Shown: positions 1 to 12,954, counted from the first letter of the stretch. The stretch: DNA of 64,000 nt from Chiloscyllium plagiosum (GCF_004010195.1 NC_057720.1:20711839-20775838), one strand, 5' to 3'. Notes: generated by a model not told the origin, from the sequence alone. Numbers and translations: made by a program.

Positions 1-680
1 CCATTTCACACCTCCCATGCATCCAACACCCCTTCTCAGTCCCCTATTCCTCCAGTCAACATAAAATTTGGTTATTATGCTACCCTCGTCTTCTGCTGTT
101 TTCTTCTTCCAAACTCTTACTCCATTGTCAGCAACCATCAGCAGCTACATATGCTCCAGTCAAAATCACATCAAAGCACCTATACTTCAAAGCAGTGACT
201 GCTAACTAAAGTTCCAAGGAAAGTAAAGCCATATATTTTCAGTATCTGCAGACATTAGTTCCAGCCTTGTTTCTTCACAGTGGAAGACATGAGTAATATC
301 CCAATAATAATGGAGAGCCAGGGGGCAGAGTTGAGTATGGTAGCTATTACAAAAGCGAAAGTGCTAGAAAAGCTAAAAAAGTTTAAAAATTGATTAATCT
401 CCTGGCCCCGATGGACTATGCCCGAGAGTTCTGAAGGAGGCGGCTGAGGAAATAGCAGAGGTGTTGGTTGTGATCGCTCAAAAGTCACTGGAGTCAGGGA
501 AAGTCCCAGATGATTGGAAAATCACTGTTGTAACCCCCTTGTTCAAGGATCAAGATAAGATGGAAGACTATAGGCAGATTAGCCTGACCTTGGCTGTTGG
601 TAATATTCTAGAAACCATTGTTAAGGATGAGATTTCTAAATTCTTGGAAGTGCAGGGTTCGATGAGAACAAGTCAGCATG

Positions 681-3165
681 TCATAGAGATGTACAGCATG
701 GAAACAGACCCTTCGGTCCAATCTGTGCACGCCGACCAGATATCCCAACCCAATCTAGTCCCACCTGCCAGCACCTGGCCCATATCCCTCCAAACCCTTC
801 CTATTCATATACCCATCCAAATACCTCTTAAATGTTGCAATTGTACCAGCCTCCACCACATCCTCGGTAGTTCATTCCACACACGTACCACCCTCTGCGT
901 GAAAACGTTGCCCCTTAGGTCTCTTTTATATCTTTCCCCCTCTCATCCTAAACCTATGCCCTCTAGTTCTGGACTCCCTGACCCCAAGGAAAAGATTGTG
1001 TCTATTTATTCTATCCATGCCCTCATACTCTCATGCCCTCAAGGTCACCCCTCAGCCTCCGACGCACCAGGGAAAACAGCTCCAGCCTGTTCAGCCTCTG
1101 CCTATAGCTCAAATCCTCCAACCCTGGCAACATCCTTGTAAATCTTTTCTGAACCCTTTCAAATTTCACAACATATTTCCAATAGGAAGGAGACCAGAAT
1201 TGCACGCAAAATTCCAACAGTGGCCTAACCAATGTCCTGTACAGCCGCAACATGACCTCCCAACTCCTGTACTCAATACTATGACCAATAAAGGAAAGCA
1301 TACCAAACGCCTTCTTCACTATCCTATCCATCTGCGACTCCACTTTCAAGGAGCTATGAACCTGCACTCCAAACTTTATCTGCCACTTCTCAGCCCACTG
1401 GCCCATCTGATACAGATCCTGTTGTAATCTGAGGTAACCCTCTTCACTGTCCACTACACCTCCAATTTTGGTGTCATCTGCAAACTTACTAACTGTACCT
1501 CTTATGCTCGCATCCAAATCATTTATGTAAATGCCAAAAAGTAGAGGGCCCAGCACCAATCCTTGTGGCACTCCATTGGTCACAGGCCTCCAGTCTGAAA
1601 AGCAACCCTCCACCACCTCCCTCTGTCTTCTACCTTTGAGCCAGTTCTGTATCCAAATGGCTACTTCTCCCTGTATTCCACGAGATCTAACCTTGCTAAT
1701 CAGTCTCCCATGGGGAACCTTGTCAAATGCCTTACTGAAGTCCATATAGATCACATCTACTGCTCTGCCCTCAATCTTCTTTGTTACTTCTTCAAAAAAA
1801 CTCAAACAAGTTTGAGAGACATGATTTCCCACACACAAGCCATATTGACTGTCCCTAATCAGTCCTTGCCTTTCCAAATACATGTACATCCTGTCCCTCA
1901 CGATTCCCTCCAACTTGCCCACCATCGAGGTCAGGCTCACCGGTCTATAGTTCCCTGGCTCGTCTTTACTGCCCTTCTTAAACAGTGGCACTGCATTTGC
2001 CAACCTCCAGTCTTCCGGCACCTGTGACTATCGATGATACAAATATCTCAGCAAGAGGCCCAGCAACTACTTCTCTAGCTTCCCACAGAGTTCTCGGGTA
2101 CACCTGATCAGGTTCTGGGGATTTATCCACCTTTAACTGTTTCAAGACATCCAGCATTTCCTCCTCTAATCTGGACATTTTGTAAGATGTCAAGATCTAG
2201 TTCCCTACAGTCAATATCTTCCATATCCTTTTCCACAGTAAATACTGATGCAAAATATTCATTTAGTATCTCCCCTATTTTCTGTGGCTCCACACAAAGG
2301 CCGCCTTGCTGATCTTTGAAGGCCCCTATTCTTTCCCTAGTTACCCTTTTGTCCTTAATGTATTTGTAAAACCCTTTGGATTCTCCTTAATTCTATTTGC
2401 CAAAGCTATCTCATGTCCCTGTTTTGCCCTCCTGATTTCCCTCTTAAGTATACTCCTACTTTCTTTATACTCTTCTAAGGATTCACTCGACCCATCCTGT
2501 CTATACCTAATATATGCTTCCTTTTTCTTAACCAAACCCTCAATTTCTTTGGTCATCCAGCATTCCCTATACGTACCAGCCTTCCCTTTCATCCTGACAG
2601 GACATTCTCCCCGTGTCTGCGTGGGTTTCCTCCGGGTGCTCCGGTTTCCTCCCACACTCCAAAAATGTGCCGGTCAGGTGAATTGGCCACGCTAAATTGC
2701 CTGTAGTGTTAGGTAAGGGGCAAACATCTGCCTCCAACCAGCTTTCGAAAGTTCTTGCCTAATACCGTCAAAATTGGCCTTTCTCCCATTTAGAACTTCA
2801 ATTTTAGATCTGGTCTATCCTTTTCTATCACTTTTTTAAAACGAATAGAAGTATGGCTGCTGGCCCCAAAGTGCTCCCCCACTGACACCTCAATCACCTG
2901 CCCTGCCTTATTTCCCAAGAGTAGGTCAAGTTTTGCACCTTCTCTAGTAGGTACATCCATATACTGAATCAGAAAATTCTCTTGTACATACTTAAGAAAT
3001 TCCTCTCCATCTAAACCTTTACAGATAGCTGAGATCTCCTTACAAGTTTGTTTCTCAATTTCCCTCTGACTATTGGGGGGGGGTCTATAATACAATCCCA
3101 ATAAGGCGATCATCCCTTTCTTATTTCTCAGTTCCACCCAAATAACTTCCCTGGATGTATTTCTG
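681..3165 (-). mobile_element. CR1 LINE (endonuclease C-terminus, RT, 3' UTR), internally deleted, nested in another CR1
   Basis: ORF 1023-2021 has YRPVSLTS, DFSKAFDKV, GVPQGLVLGPLLF and FADDTK. ORFs at 2341-3212 are APE/linker fragments (GLYYRPP, AKLDLLL). 3' tail ...ctctatgac. Confidence 0.92.
2601..2722 (+). mobile_element. HE1/V-SINE fragment inside CR1
   Basis: V-SINE core cattctccccgtgtctgcgtgggtttcctccgggtgctccggtttcctcccac. Confidence 0.8.
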
Positions 3166-4846
3166 GTATTTAGTAAGGGGAGGTCGTGCCTAACAAACCT
3201 GTTAGAATTCATTGAAGAGGCAACAAGTAGGTAGATCAGGGAAACCCAGTGGATATTATCTGTCTAGACTTCCAAAAGACCTTTGATCAGGTGTCTCACG
3301 GAAGGCTGCTAAGTAAAGTGAGGGCCCATGGTACTTGAGGTGAGCTACTGGCATGGATTGAGGATTGGCTGTCTGACAGAAGGCACAGAGTTGGGATAAA
3401 AGACTCTTTTTCAGAATGGCAGTCGGTGACAAGTGGTGTCTCGCAGGGTTTGTGTTGGGGCCACAGCGGTTCATTTTATATATCAATGATCTGGATGAAG
3501 GGACCGGGGGCATTCTGGTGAAGTTTGCTGATGATACGAAGTTAGGTGGAGAGGCTGCAGGAAGATTTAGACAGCTTAGGAATACGGTCCAGGAAATGGC
3601 TGATGAAATTTAATGTGAGAAAATGTGAGGTCTTGCACTTTGGAAAAAAGAATACAGACATAGACTATTTTCTAAATGGTGAGAAAATTCATAAAGCTGA
3701 AGTATGAAGGGATCTGGGAGTGATGGTCCAGGATTCTCTAAAGGTTAACTTGCAGGTGGAGTCAGTGATCAAGAAAGTGAATGTAATGTTGTCATTTATC
3801 TCAAGAGGGTTGGAATATAAAAGCAGCGATATGCTTCTGAGACTTTATAAATCTCTAGTTAGGCCCCATTTAGAATACTGTGTACAATTTTGGGTCCCAC
3901 ACCTCAGGAAGGACATACTGGCATTGGAGTGTGTCCAGCAGAGATGATCCCTGGAATGGTAGGCTTAACATACAATGAACGGCTCACGATCCTGGGATTG
4001 TATTCATTAGAGTTTAGAAGGTTGAGGGGAGATCAAATTGAAACTTACAAGATAGTGCATGGCTTGGAGAGGGTGTACGCTGGGAAATTGTTTCCGTTAG
4101 GCAGGGAGACTAGGACTTGTGGTCACAGCCTTAGAATTAGAGGGGTGAATTTAGAATGAAAATGAGGAGACATTTCTTCAGCCAAAGAGTGGTAGGCCTG
4201 TGGAATTCATTGCCACAGAGCGCAGCGTAGGCTGGGTGCTAAACGTCTTCAAGGTAAAAATGGACAAATTCTTGATCTCGCAAGGAATTATGAACTATGG
4301 GGACAGTGCGGGTAAGTGGAGTTGAAATGTCCATCAGCCATGATTAAATGGCAGAGTGGACTCAATGAGCCGAATGGCCTTACTTCCACTCCTATGTCTT
4401 ATGGTCTTTCACTTACTGATTTTGCAAGTGAAATGTTGCAAGCTAGGAGCAGAGAGTTGAAGAACAAGGAATGGCAGCAGAGCGGGAAAAATCAAATGAG
4501 AGTGCCACATCAGGCTGGCTCTGGAGGTTCATGGCCCTTGAGGCTTTGACAGCAGTGGGGAAGCCAAGTATGAGGCTTGCCCAGCCTTTCAGGTATAGAA
4601 CATTCAGTGAGCCAGAAAGGGAGAAAAACCATAAAAAAGAGAGAAAAGCCAGAAAGGGAAAAAAAAGGCCATAAAATTAAATCAAAACACTTTCACCGCA
4701 TTTCAATTTAGCAATTCAAATCACACGAATGTGAAAAGCTCGCTTACACTCCATACCAAAACATTAAAACACTAATATTAATTTTAAGTGATCTGTGCTG
4801 CATTAAATCCACCAATTAATAACCTCCTAGAATGGACTGCACTTAC

Positions 4847-4984
4847 CAGACTAGCAAGTGCCAAAAGTGTTGTCTGGACTTGAGTCATGTTCCCATTCTC
4901 AAAAAGATCATTTGCTTCAAAAATGTCATGTGGCTTCATCCCATAAGACTGAATGGCTTTAATAAAGTTACCAATATTCTCCAG
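4847..4984 (-). CDS. CNN3: Calponin (CNN3-like) coding exon 4, end of CH domain
   Basis: Reverse strand: ctacag|CTGGAGAAT...AGTCTG|gtaagt; 138 nt; [46 protein letters not shown], near-identical to recalled human CNN3 (…[37 protein letters not shown]). Confidence 0.95.
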
Positions 4985-5229
4985 CTGTAGAAAAATAAAC
5001 CAAATTGTTAAATGATATAGAATGTATAGCCACTTTGAAAGATCTACAGTTTTACTAATATCTCAAATTCTTTAAAATTCTCATCCTTCTGAAAGCACTG
5101 TTAGTTCAGGCATGATTCATTCCATGCCACTACAGTTTAGTTGGTGCCTCTTGAAAAATATCTGAAGGTTATTCAACCATAAAGATCACCTCATAAATTC
5201 CAATCAGGCAATGACATCAAAATCTAGTA

Positions 5230-5875
5230 CTGTCAATAGGAATCATTCAAAGATCCTTGAAGAGATTTATCAATTACGGGATGCAGGATTTTAACTACAA
5301 TGTAAGGTGAAAACTTGAAACAAAGGAACTGGAGGGGGATTGCACTGATATGCATAAGACAATAACAGGCTTATATATAATGGACAAGGAAAAGGATGAG
5401 AACACAAAGTCCAGAGGGCACAGATTTAATATTTGAAAAGACATGGAGGGGAGTACAAAGAACTTTTAATTAAACACAGCAAATGGCAAAGGCCTTGAAC
5501 TTCCTCCCCATGAGGATTGTGGAAGTTGGGATCAATGCTGAAATAAACTTGCAAGACTAGGAGACCCTTTTAATTCTTTCCCCTCTCACTTTAACTCTGT
5601 GCCTTCTATTTTGGGACTTCCCTACCCTTTGCTATTCACCTTATCCATGCCAGTCATGATTTTGTAAATCTCTAAATGGTCAGCCCTCAACCTCCAACAC
5701 TTCAGTGAAAAAAGTCCCAGTCTATCTAGCCTTTCCTTCTCACTCAAACTCTCCAATCCCAACAACATGCTGGTAGATCTTTTCTGAACTTCTCCAATGT
5801 AATAATATCCTTCCTTCAATAGAACAACTAGAACTTGACACAGTCCTCCAAAAGTGGACTTGACATAGCTGCTCC
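5230..5875. mobile_element. Two degraded CR1 3' fragments, tail-to-tail (+ about 5230-5560; - about 5560-5875)
   Basis: RLDRLGLFSL...YKIM peptide on the minus strand; degenerate CR1 3' sequence on the plus strand. Confidence 0.65.
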
Positions 5876-6442
5876 ACAGAAAGTAGCAAAATTATGATTG
5901 ACTGAAAAGCCTCCTTCTGTGCTATACATATCAACTGCAAGACTTTGTTCACACTTCATTCCAAAACACCAGCTTGCAGGGTGGCAAACTATACTGCTAA
6001 CCAAAGTATGGTTACAAATGGATGGTAGCGCTATTTCAAGAATCAATCATTTTATAACCTCACAGCTCTGCACTAGCATACAAAACAAATCAAAACAAAA
6101 TTGGGTATTAAACCAGGTAATTAAACAAAATTGCTTCCTTTCCCTACTATTAGCCCAGCAGCTGTATGGAAACTTTTGAACAATATCAGAAAAATAATTT
6201 GAAAATGAATTAACTAAGCAAGCTTAGCACTCATTTGGGATATAACTCTCTGGGTATCCAGTACCCTGTCCAGTTGACAGTCCAACAGCCAGTGCCAGCA
6301 GCTTATTCAAACATATCCTAGAGAATATGTCATCCAAACTAATTTTGAGAGAACAGCAGGTTAGAAGTTTGTCAAGGTCATCACTACATATTTTAAGATT
6401 AAGCTCAGGATGAGATTGCAATTAAAAAGTTTTATTTCTTAC

Positions 6443-6509
6443 CTGGTGCCAGTTTAATTTGGATTCATTTATTTTCTTGATTGAATTGGGTTGCAACTTG
6501 TTCATGAGC
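6443..6509 (-). CDS. CNN3: Calponin (CNN3-like) coding exon 3
   Basis: Reverse strand: tttttcag|G CTC ATG AAC AAG TTG CAA CCC...TGG CAC CAG|gtaag; 67 nt; (M)LMNKLQPNSIKKINESKLNWHQ, the calponin NKLQP...NWHQ motif. Phases are consistent with both neighbouring exons. Confidence 0.93.
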
Positions 6510-7362
6510 CTGAAAAATTGATTGAGAATTTAGTACAGTTTCTGACCATTGGAACGATTCAATTATGCAAGAATGCCAAAAATTTTAATTTAAAGACCTG
6601 ATGGACCTTTCCAGAGTCGCTGATCTTCCCTTTGTCATACTATCAATTGACTGCATTCCTTTGCTCATTTAACACATTCCAAAATACTTGCCTTCAAAAC
6701 GATGTTATACTGCTAATCAGCAACTTCATAGAAACACAACGATCAGTTCAAACATGATCATAGAACTACAAATGATTGGTCATCCAACTTTAGGAATTAA
6801 TTTGTTTACAAATAAAACTGGACTAGTAACCAGATATCCAGTAGGATACCTAACCAGGCTGATTACCAACCTTATTATTATTGCAGTTTTTCTGGCTTTG
6901 TTATAAGAAGAATGTCAAGAAGCTGAAAACGAACCAATTCAGAAAGGGCAATACCTCAAAGCTAGAGGTAAAACGTTCAAATGGTGCAATTTGTTCATGT
7001 GCATTTAGATTGGTTTTACTACAAGTAAAGGAGATAAATCGTAAATAACTCCACTAAGAAATAAAAAGTCTAACTGTCTGAACGTCAATTAAAGTGTTCA
7101 GATAATTCTCCAGAATTAGGCATTTCCCAGCCACAGTAAAAAATAAATTTTGACTTTTTGTGTGCTAACAAGAAACAATCCTGATACGTGCAGTTTCAAC
7201 CAAGAGAAGGAAACTGCAGAGTTTCAATGAATAAATTGGAATGCTGATGTGGTTTCTTCAAGCACACTGGACATATCCAAAACCAACCTCATTGACAATA
7301 AAAATGATAGAGGCATCAGTTATGGATATTCTGGAAAAGACGCATTTGAGATATTACTGGCA

Positions 7363-7680
7363 TGGGCGACACGGTGACTCAGTGGTTAGCACTGCTGCCT
7401 CACGATGCCAGGGGCCTGGGTTCAATTCTCGCTCGGGCAACTGTCTATGTGGAGCTTGCACATTCTCCATGTCTGCTTGGGTTTCCTCCGGGTGCTTCAG
7501 TTTCCTCTCACAATCCAAAGATGTGCAGGTCCAGGTGGACTGGCCATGCTAAATTGCCCGTAGTGTTAGGTGCATTACTCAGGGAACGGGTCTGGGTGGG
7601 TTACTCTTTGGAGGGTTGGTGTGGACTTGTTGGGCCGAAGGGCCTGTTTCCATACTGCAGGGAATCTAATCTAACCTAAT
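7363..7680 (+). mobile_element. HE1/V-SINE, full length
   Basis: tRNA head gggcgacacggtgactcagtggttagc (A box) and gggttcaattc (B box), V core, and (taatc)n tail. Confidence 0.9.
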
Positions 7681-8511
7681 GAAGTCCTGATTAGAGTAAA
7701 CTAAACTTGAAGAATTTATAGGTTTTCCATCAGAACTCCTAGGGAAGCTGCTGTGAGCAACTCAAACCAATTTCAAACAGCACACCCAGATGTGCAGATC
7801 TACTTTGTCCATCTCACCAATGTAAATATCACAGTCTGGTGCCGGTGTGGGGAACTCTTGCCTACTTTAGAATAACCGTAACTAAAGAAAACAAGTACGT
7901 TCTAAATGCTGAAACAACTTTACAGGTCAAGGCAAAGCATCCAATGTGGCAAAGGCTCGCTATATTAAAAAAAACTTGCATAAATCTTCACCTACATTTC
8001 CTTAATGATGCGTCACTACCGCCAAAAACACATGTCCAGTGGGGAGATGGAGATTGTTTAGATATAATGTACTTAAAGCTCAGTTAGTTGTAGGTTGAAG
8101 AAAATCAGCAGGGAGTTTCATGACGAGGTGTGAAGGGGTGAAATTTAGGCCCAGAGTCTGGGAAAGGACTTTGCATATTTAAACAACCTTCAATTAAGGG
8201 ACCCATTTTTTCAATCCACAAATAATTCACAAAACAAACTTTTGCTTTGTCAATTGTTGATTTCTCTTCTACCATTTTAATAATCTCACTATGGAAACCA
8301 GTCTAAAATTAACACGTACACATTTTACTAGGGATGGTCACTAGTCACCTCTCCTTCCAATCAAGTTATTAGCTGGCCTATAAACACATATGTTCAACGT
8401 TCCTTTTCCAACCTGACCCCCAGTTCATTGTGCAGTATATTTGTTAGAACACTACATCACTGTACACCAATCAGCAGCAGTGAAGAAATTACAGGTAATG
8501 TTTTAGGTGTA

Positions 8512-9492
8512 CTGGATTGTAGGTTTGCTCGCTGAGCTGGAAGGTTCATTTTCAGACTTTTCGTCACCATACGAGGTAACATCTTCAGTGAGCCTCCAGA
8601 CGAAGCATTGCTGATGATTCCTGCTTTCTATTTAAATGTTTGGGTTTCTTTGGGTTGGTGATGTCATTTCCAGTTCTTTTTCTCAGGGGGTGGTAAATTG
8701 GGTCCAAGTCAATGTGTTTGTTGATAGAGTTCCGGTTAGAATGCCATGCTTCTAGGAATTCTCATGCACATCTCTGTTTGGCTTGTCCTAGAATGGATGC
8801 GTTGTCCTAGTCAAAGTGGTGTTCTTCCTCATCTGTACGTAAGGATATTTGTGAGATGACTGCCAGACTACTCAGACCCCTTGGCATCATGGTAGCCCAC
8901 AAACCCACCAACACGCTAAAACAGCAGCTAATGAACTTGAAAGACCCTATACAGACATCAAGCAAAACTAATGTCATTTACAAAATACCGTGCAAGGACT
9001 GTAACAAACACTACATTGGACAAACAGGCAGAAACCTAGCCACCAGGATACATGAACATCAACTAGCCACAAAACGACGTGACCCTCTCTCACTAATATC
9101 CTTACATACAGATGAGAAAAGACACCACTTTGACGGAGACAACACATCCGTTCTAGGACAAGCCAAACAGAGATATGCATGAGAATTCCTAGAAGCATGG
9201 CATTCCAACCGGAACTCTTCTCAAAAAACACATTGATTTGGACTCGATTTATGACCCCCCTGAGAAAAACAGGAAATTACATCTTAATAGGAAATTACAT
9301 CACCACAGGAAATGACATCACCAAACCAAAGAAACCCAAACATATAAATAGAAAGCAGGAATGATCAGTAATGCTTCATCCAGAGGCTCACTGGAGATTT
9401 TACCTATTATGGTGACAAAAAGTTCCAGCTCAGTGAGCAAGCCTACATCCAGAACCTCAACCTAAGCTACAAATCTTCTCAAAACTCGTACC
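8512..9492 (+). mobile_element. Penelope-like element, 5'-truncated, with an inverted copy of its 3' end
   Basis: ORF 8856-9182 has the GIY-YIG endonuclease signature NVIYKIPCKDCNKHYIGQTGRNLATRIHEH. About 8515-8856 is the reverse complement of about 9087-9450. Possible TSD aggtgta (8505-8511, 9493-9499). Confidence 0.9.
8552..8591 (-). ncRNA. Minimal hammerhead ribozyme motif in the Penelope terminal repeat
   Basis: uca CUGAAGA U GUUACC ucguau GGUGAC GAAA AGUC uga; one substitution relative to GAAACGUC. Confidence 0.65.
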
Positions 9493-9769
9493 AGGTGTAT
9501 CTTGTGTATTGTTAGTCAATAACTTAACTGGCTATGAGAAAAACAGGAATTTGAGCAAACTTACAAAAACAAATGTTCTTATTTCAGAATTCCAAATTTG
9601 TAATCTGCCCTTTTTACTTTTTAGTAGTGCCATTTATTCATCATATACAAAGTTCTAATCAACCTGTTCTCTTTTGTCTCTTTTACATGGCTGAACTGGA
9701 CAGCTATTCTTTGAACGAACTAGTAAATTTGCATTTTATTAAGTATCACCTAGGCAGCTAGTGCTAGCA

Positions 9770-10202
9770 ATCTTGCTTTGAGTTAGGCTGATTTGGGTAA
9801 AGTTCCTCTTGAAAGACAGGCACAATACTCAGCTGTCATTCTCGTGTAGTAATGAAGAAGTGTTGCACTATTTAAGGTGCTGTCTTCTGGATATGATGTG
9901 AAAAATGGACCTCATGCCTCGCCCCTTAAATCAATGTAAATAATCCCATGGCATTATTCAAAGAACATAATGGAAGTGCTTCTGATCTCCTGGCTAATAT
10001 TTATCCCTCAACCAAAAACTAAATAGATAACCTGGTTATATATTTCAGAGTTAGTTGTGCAATCTTGCTGCACATGCAATAATTGCCATATTTTTCTATA
10101 TTATAATGTCAACTACACTTAAAGGTAATTCCTTGACTGTTATGTGCTATGAGACATCCTGGAGGTGGTAAAAGGCACTATATAGAATACAAGTCATTCT
10201 CT
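9770..10202 (+). mobile_element. Deu-SINE (SacSINE1/AmnSINE1-related), diverged
   Basis: Deu-domain motifs gtgctgtctt...atcccatggcattatt...cctggctaatatttatccctcaacc, and tail aaaggcactatatagaatacaagtc. Confidence 0.7.
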
Positions 10203-11224
10203 CTATTGTTTATATTCAGTCCCAATTGTTTAAAATGGTTAAAACATTTATGAACGTTGATTATAGTAAAGCAAGTGCAAATATCTAACTGAAAGTTTGC
10301 TTCCTGATTCAAAGAATGTAACTTTCCCCCACTAACATACTAATGGATTCTCCTATTCACAGTTGCATTGCTTCTGACGTATAAGACGTCACCAAATCTT
10401 TGACTGGTAACCTAATAATTCCACTGTTGGTAAACAATCCCATTCCTAGAGCTTCCAATTTTAAATCACTCACACATCATCCTAGCAATTTTATACTCTA
10501 TTATCCATTATGCTGAATGCGATCTTTGGAGATTGAAGAAAGAAACTTCATATTTGAGTACCTCATTCACATCCATCCAGTCTTTCTTTCGAACTTTGTT
10601 TGTTAACCACCAAAGCTCCAAGCAATCTTTTCATAGAGATCCCTTCCCACTGCCTGAATTCAATAATAACTTTTACTGCAAAAGTTATTTTCAGCTTTTA
10701 TCCAAATCATCCAGGTTCCCTTTCCCCAGTTACGTGTTTCCCTGTCATCAGCTACTCCATCCTAGGCTGCCTACACAACTCTGCCATCATAAAACCATGT
10801 TATTTTGCGTTTTTTAGAAAATTATTGTCAGATTCATCTTGGATTACTTCCCCATCACTCTCACCATCCATTATTACCTTGTCAACAGACAATAATACAA
10901 TTCTCATGAAAAGTTCAATAAAAATGGAAATTCTACCTTCTCTGGCCATCCACATAACATTACTGCCAGTGTTTACCAGTCCAACTAAGTACACTTTACT
11001 GTGCCATCAGAGAGAGCTTTTTTTGAATTCACAGAATGGTAAACAAGGAGGATTGATATGTAAATACAGGAACTTATTATGTAAACTAAGGCTTTATTTC
11101 CGAGAACAGTGGTCAGACAAACTACTTGAATCTGCTCCAAAGCCCTTTAAGACATCTTGAGCTTATACAAGTTGCCTGAAAATTGCTAGTTCTCTCATGC
11201 TTTTCATCAATCGAGCAGAAAATA

Positions 11225-11360
11225 AGAAATCATACAACAAAGAAAGCTGGAAATACTCAACAGACTCGGACATTTGTGGAGAGACTAAAACCAGGAGTGA
11301 ATGTTTCAGGTCAACAACCTTTCATCAGAACTCATGGTTTCCAGCAACTGTATTTGTTGT
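11225..11360 (-). mobile_element. Short Penelope-derived repeat (family C) with hammerhead-like motif
   Basis: Reverse complement of 11297-11331: guu CUGAUGA A AGGUU guu GACCU GAAA CAUU; flanked by gctggaaatactcaacag and ttccagca. Confidence 0.55.
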
Positions 11361-11516
11361 GTTACGTATGATTAGTGCAAATTTAAGTCAGAACTAGAAA
11401 CATTAATACTTCTGAGGTGAGCCCAAGGGAAATTGCACCAGAGCTAAGTGCAACATTCACAACAGCATAATCCACACCAATGAGAACAAGACTTAGTAAA
11501 GCAGTCAGCTACTCAC

Positions 11517-11638
11517 ATGCAAAGTATTACACCATCCTTGAGGCTAAGTTGGAAGTTCTCACCCAAACGTCTGCCTGTAACTTCTTCAATCCAGACTCTC
11601 AATTCTTCCTCTTTCTGAGGGTCATATTTCTGAAGAAT
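11517..11638 (-). CDS. CNN3: Calponin (CNN3-like) coding exon 2, start of calponin-homology domain
   Basis: Reverse strand: ttttcctcttag|ATTCTTCAG...CTTTGCAT|gtgagt; 122 nt; translates [40 protein letters not shown](AT). Ends in phase 2, which joins the next exon. Missed by the ORF track. Confidence 0.93.
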
Positions 11639-11662
11639 CTAAGAGGAAAAAAAATCTATGAT

Positions 11663-11795
11663 AAGAACAAAGAACTGCGGATGCTGGAAATCAAACAGAA
11701 ACAGAAATTGCTAGAGAAACTCAACTGGTCAGGCAGCTTGTGTTAAGGGAAAACAGAATTAACGTGGAGTCCCATGAACCTTCTTCAGAACTCTA
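11663..11795 (-). mobile_element. Short Penelope-derived repeat (family C), decayed hammerhead
   Basis: aagaactgcggatgctggaaatc...aaactcaactggtcaggcagc...ttaacgt...ccttcttcagaac; the CUGAAGA box is retained and GAAA is lost. Confidence 0.55.
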
Positions 11796-12954
11796 CATGA
11801 AAGTCACATTACCACAAAAATCAAATGTACATTCGAGAATAATAAATATCGCGACCTGATTTTGAGATTTGTACAGTGCTCCAAGCCTACTCAGGTTTTC
11901 TATACAGAATTGCAATCATGCTAATTATTGGCATGATTATTGCTAATCATACTTTACCTCATGGAAAAAGATGGCCATGGCTGACTTGCACAAGCTGAAA
12001 AGATTAAATGAGGGACCCCCCCCCCCCTCTCAAAATGCTATTCCAGTTAATTTAATGAAAACTGACAGATTTTGTTCATAAAGCCTTTTAATTCAACATA
12101 TTTTGTTTAGATTTCGGAAGGAATGTCTCAAAGAATCCAAAGTCTTAAGTTAGATTAGGTTTTGCGTGAAGAACCTTAGCTACAAGTTGATGTAATGAAT
12201 GAATAACAGTAGACAGTTTCCTTTTACAAGTTCAAGTTCATGGCTAGGCTTTAAGTAATATTGAGAATTTCAGCTATCTTCCTACTCTGAGGAGGAGATG
12301 GCACAAGATCAAAATTGATCGAAACACTCCATTATGTACACAATGGTACAAGATACAACATGCTCTTTGACCGCACCATCTAAGCCTGCAACCCCTGTCA
12401 CATGGAGTACAAGAGCAATAGATGCTTAAGAATACTACCACCTGCAATTTTGCCTCCAGACTCGGAACTAAATCATTGAACTAGTGATACTGAATAAATA
12501 AAATCCTGGAACTGACTGTTGGACAACAGCGACTCAGAATGGCAGTTTCACCTTAACTCTTCAAAGTAAATCCAGGGCAAGGCTTGGGTCAACTCATTTC
12601 TGGATTGTGGAATTTCAGGATTTAGAATAACATGAGCATTCCAAACGATAAGTGAGCGACCTGGTTACAAGTAGTAATCAAGTCATAAGAATGAAAAAAT
12701 AGAAATCAGTAACGAAAATGGTTTAATTATTCCAAATACTGCATATTTCATTTCCATAATATTGGTACTGTACTGAAATATTGAAGATCATCAAGGGAAC
12801 AGCTGATTTCACGTGGCCCAAAATTTCAAAATGGTAGCAGAGTCAGATGTTCCAGCCAGAGCTCCATAAACGGCGACATCACAAACTTTTCACTGCACTC
12901 ATTCAAATGCATGTGACAATAAAGTTAATTCAAGTCAATCAATACTAATATGAT

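Larger units (their letters stand above)
255..4410 (+). mobile_element. CR1 LINE ORF2/3' part, split by a nested CR1 (outer pieces about 255-680 and 3166-4410)
   Basis: RT-like peptides: GKVPDDWKITVVTPLFK...YRQISLT; FILYINDL...KFADDTKL; RPHLEYCVQFW. It ends in a tatgtcttatggtct tail. The agtcagcatg/gtatttagtaagggg sequence continues across the insert. Confidence 0.85.

Noticed and set aside
461..1427. Long + strand ORFs (226 aa, 143 aa) and similar ones at 49138-49824 and 51769-52425
   Set aside because: Antisense or chimeric frames of CR1 3' regions; the same peptides recur at every CR1 copy.
7363..7440. tRNA-like A/B boxes at SINE heads
   Set aside because: SINE promoters continuing into the V core, not tRNA genes.
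10600..11160. 186-aa ORF in intron 2
   Set aside because: Non-ATG start, no recognisable domain, antisense to the host gene; probably chance or a decayed repeat.
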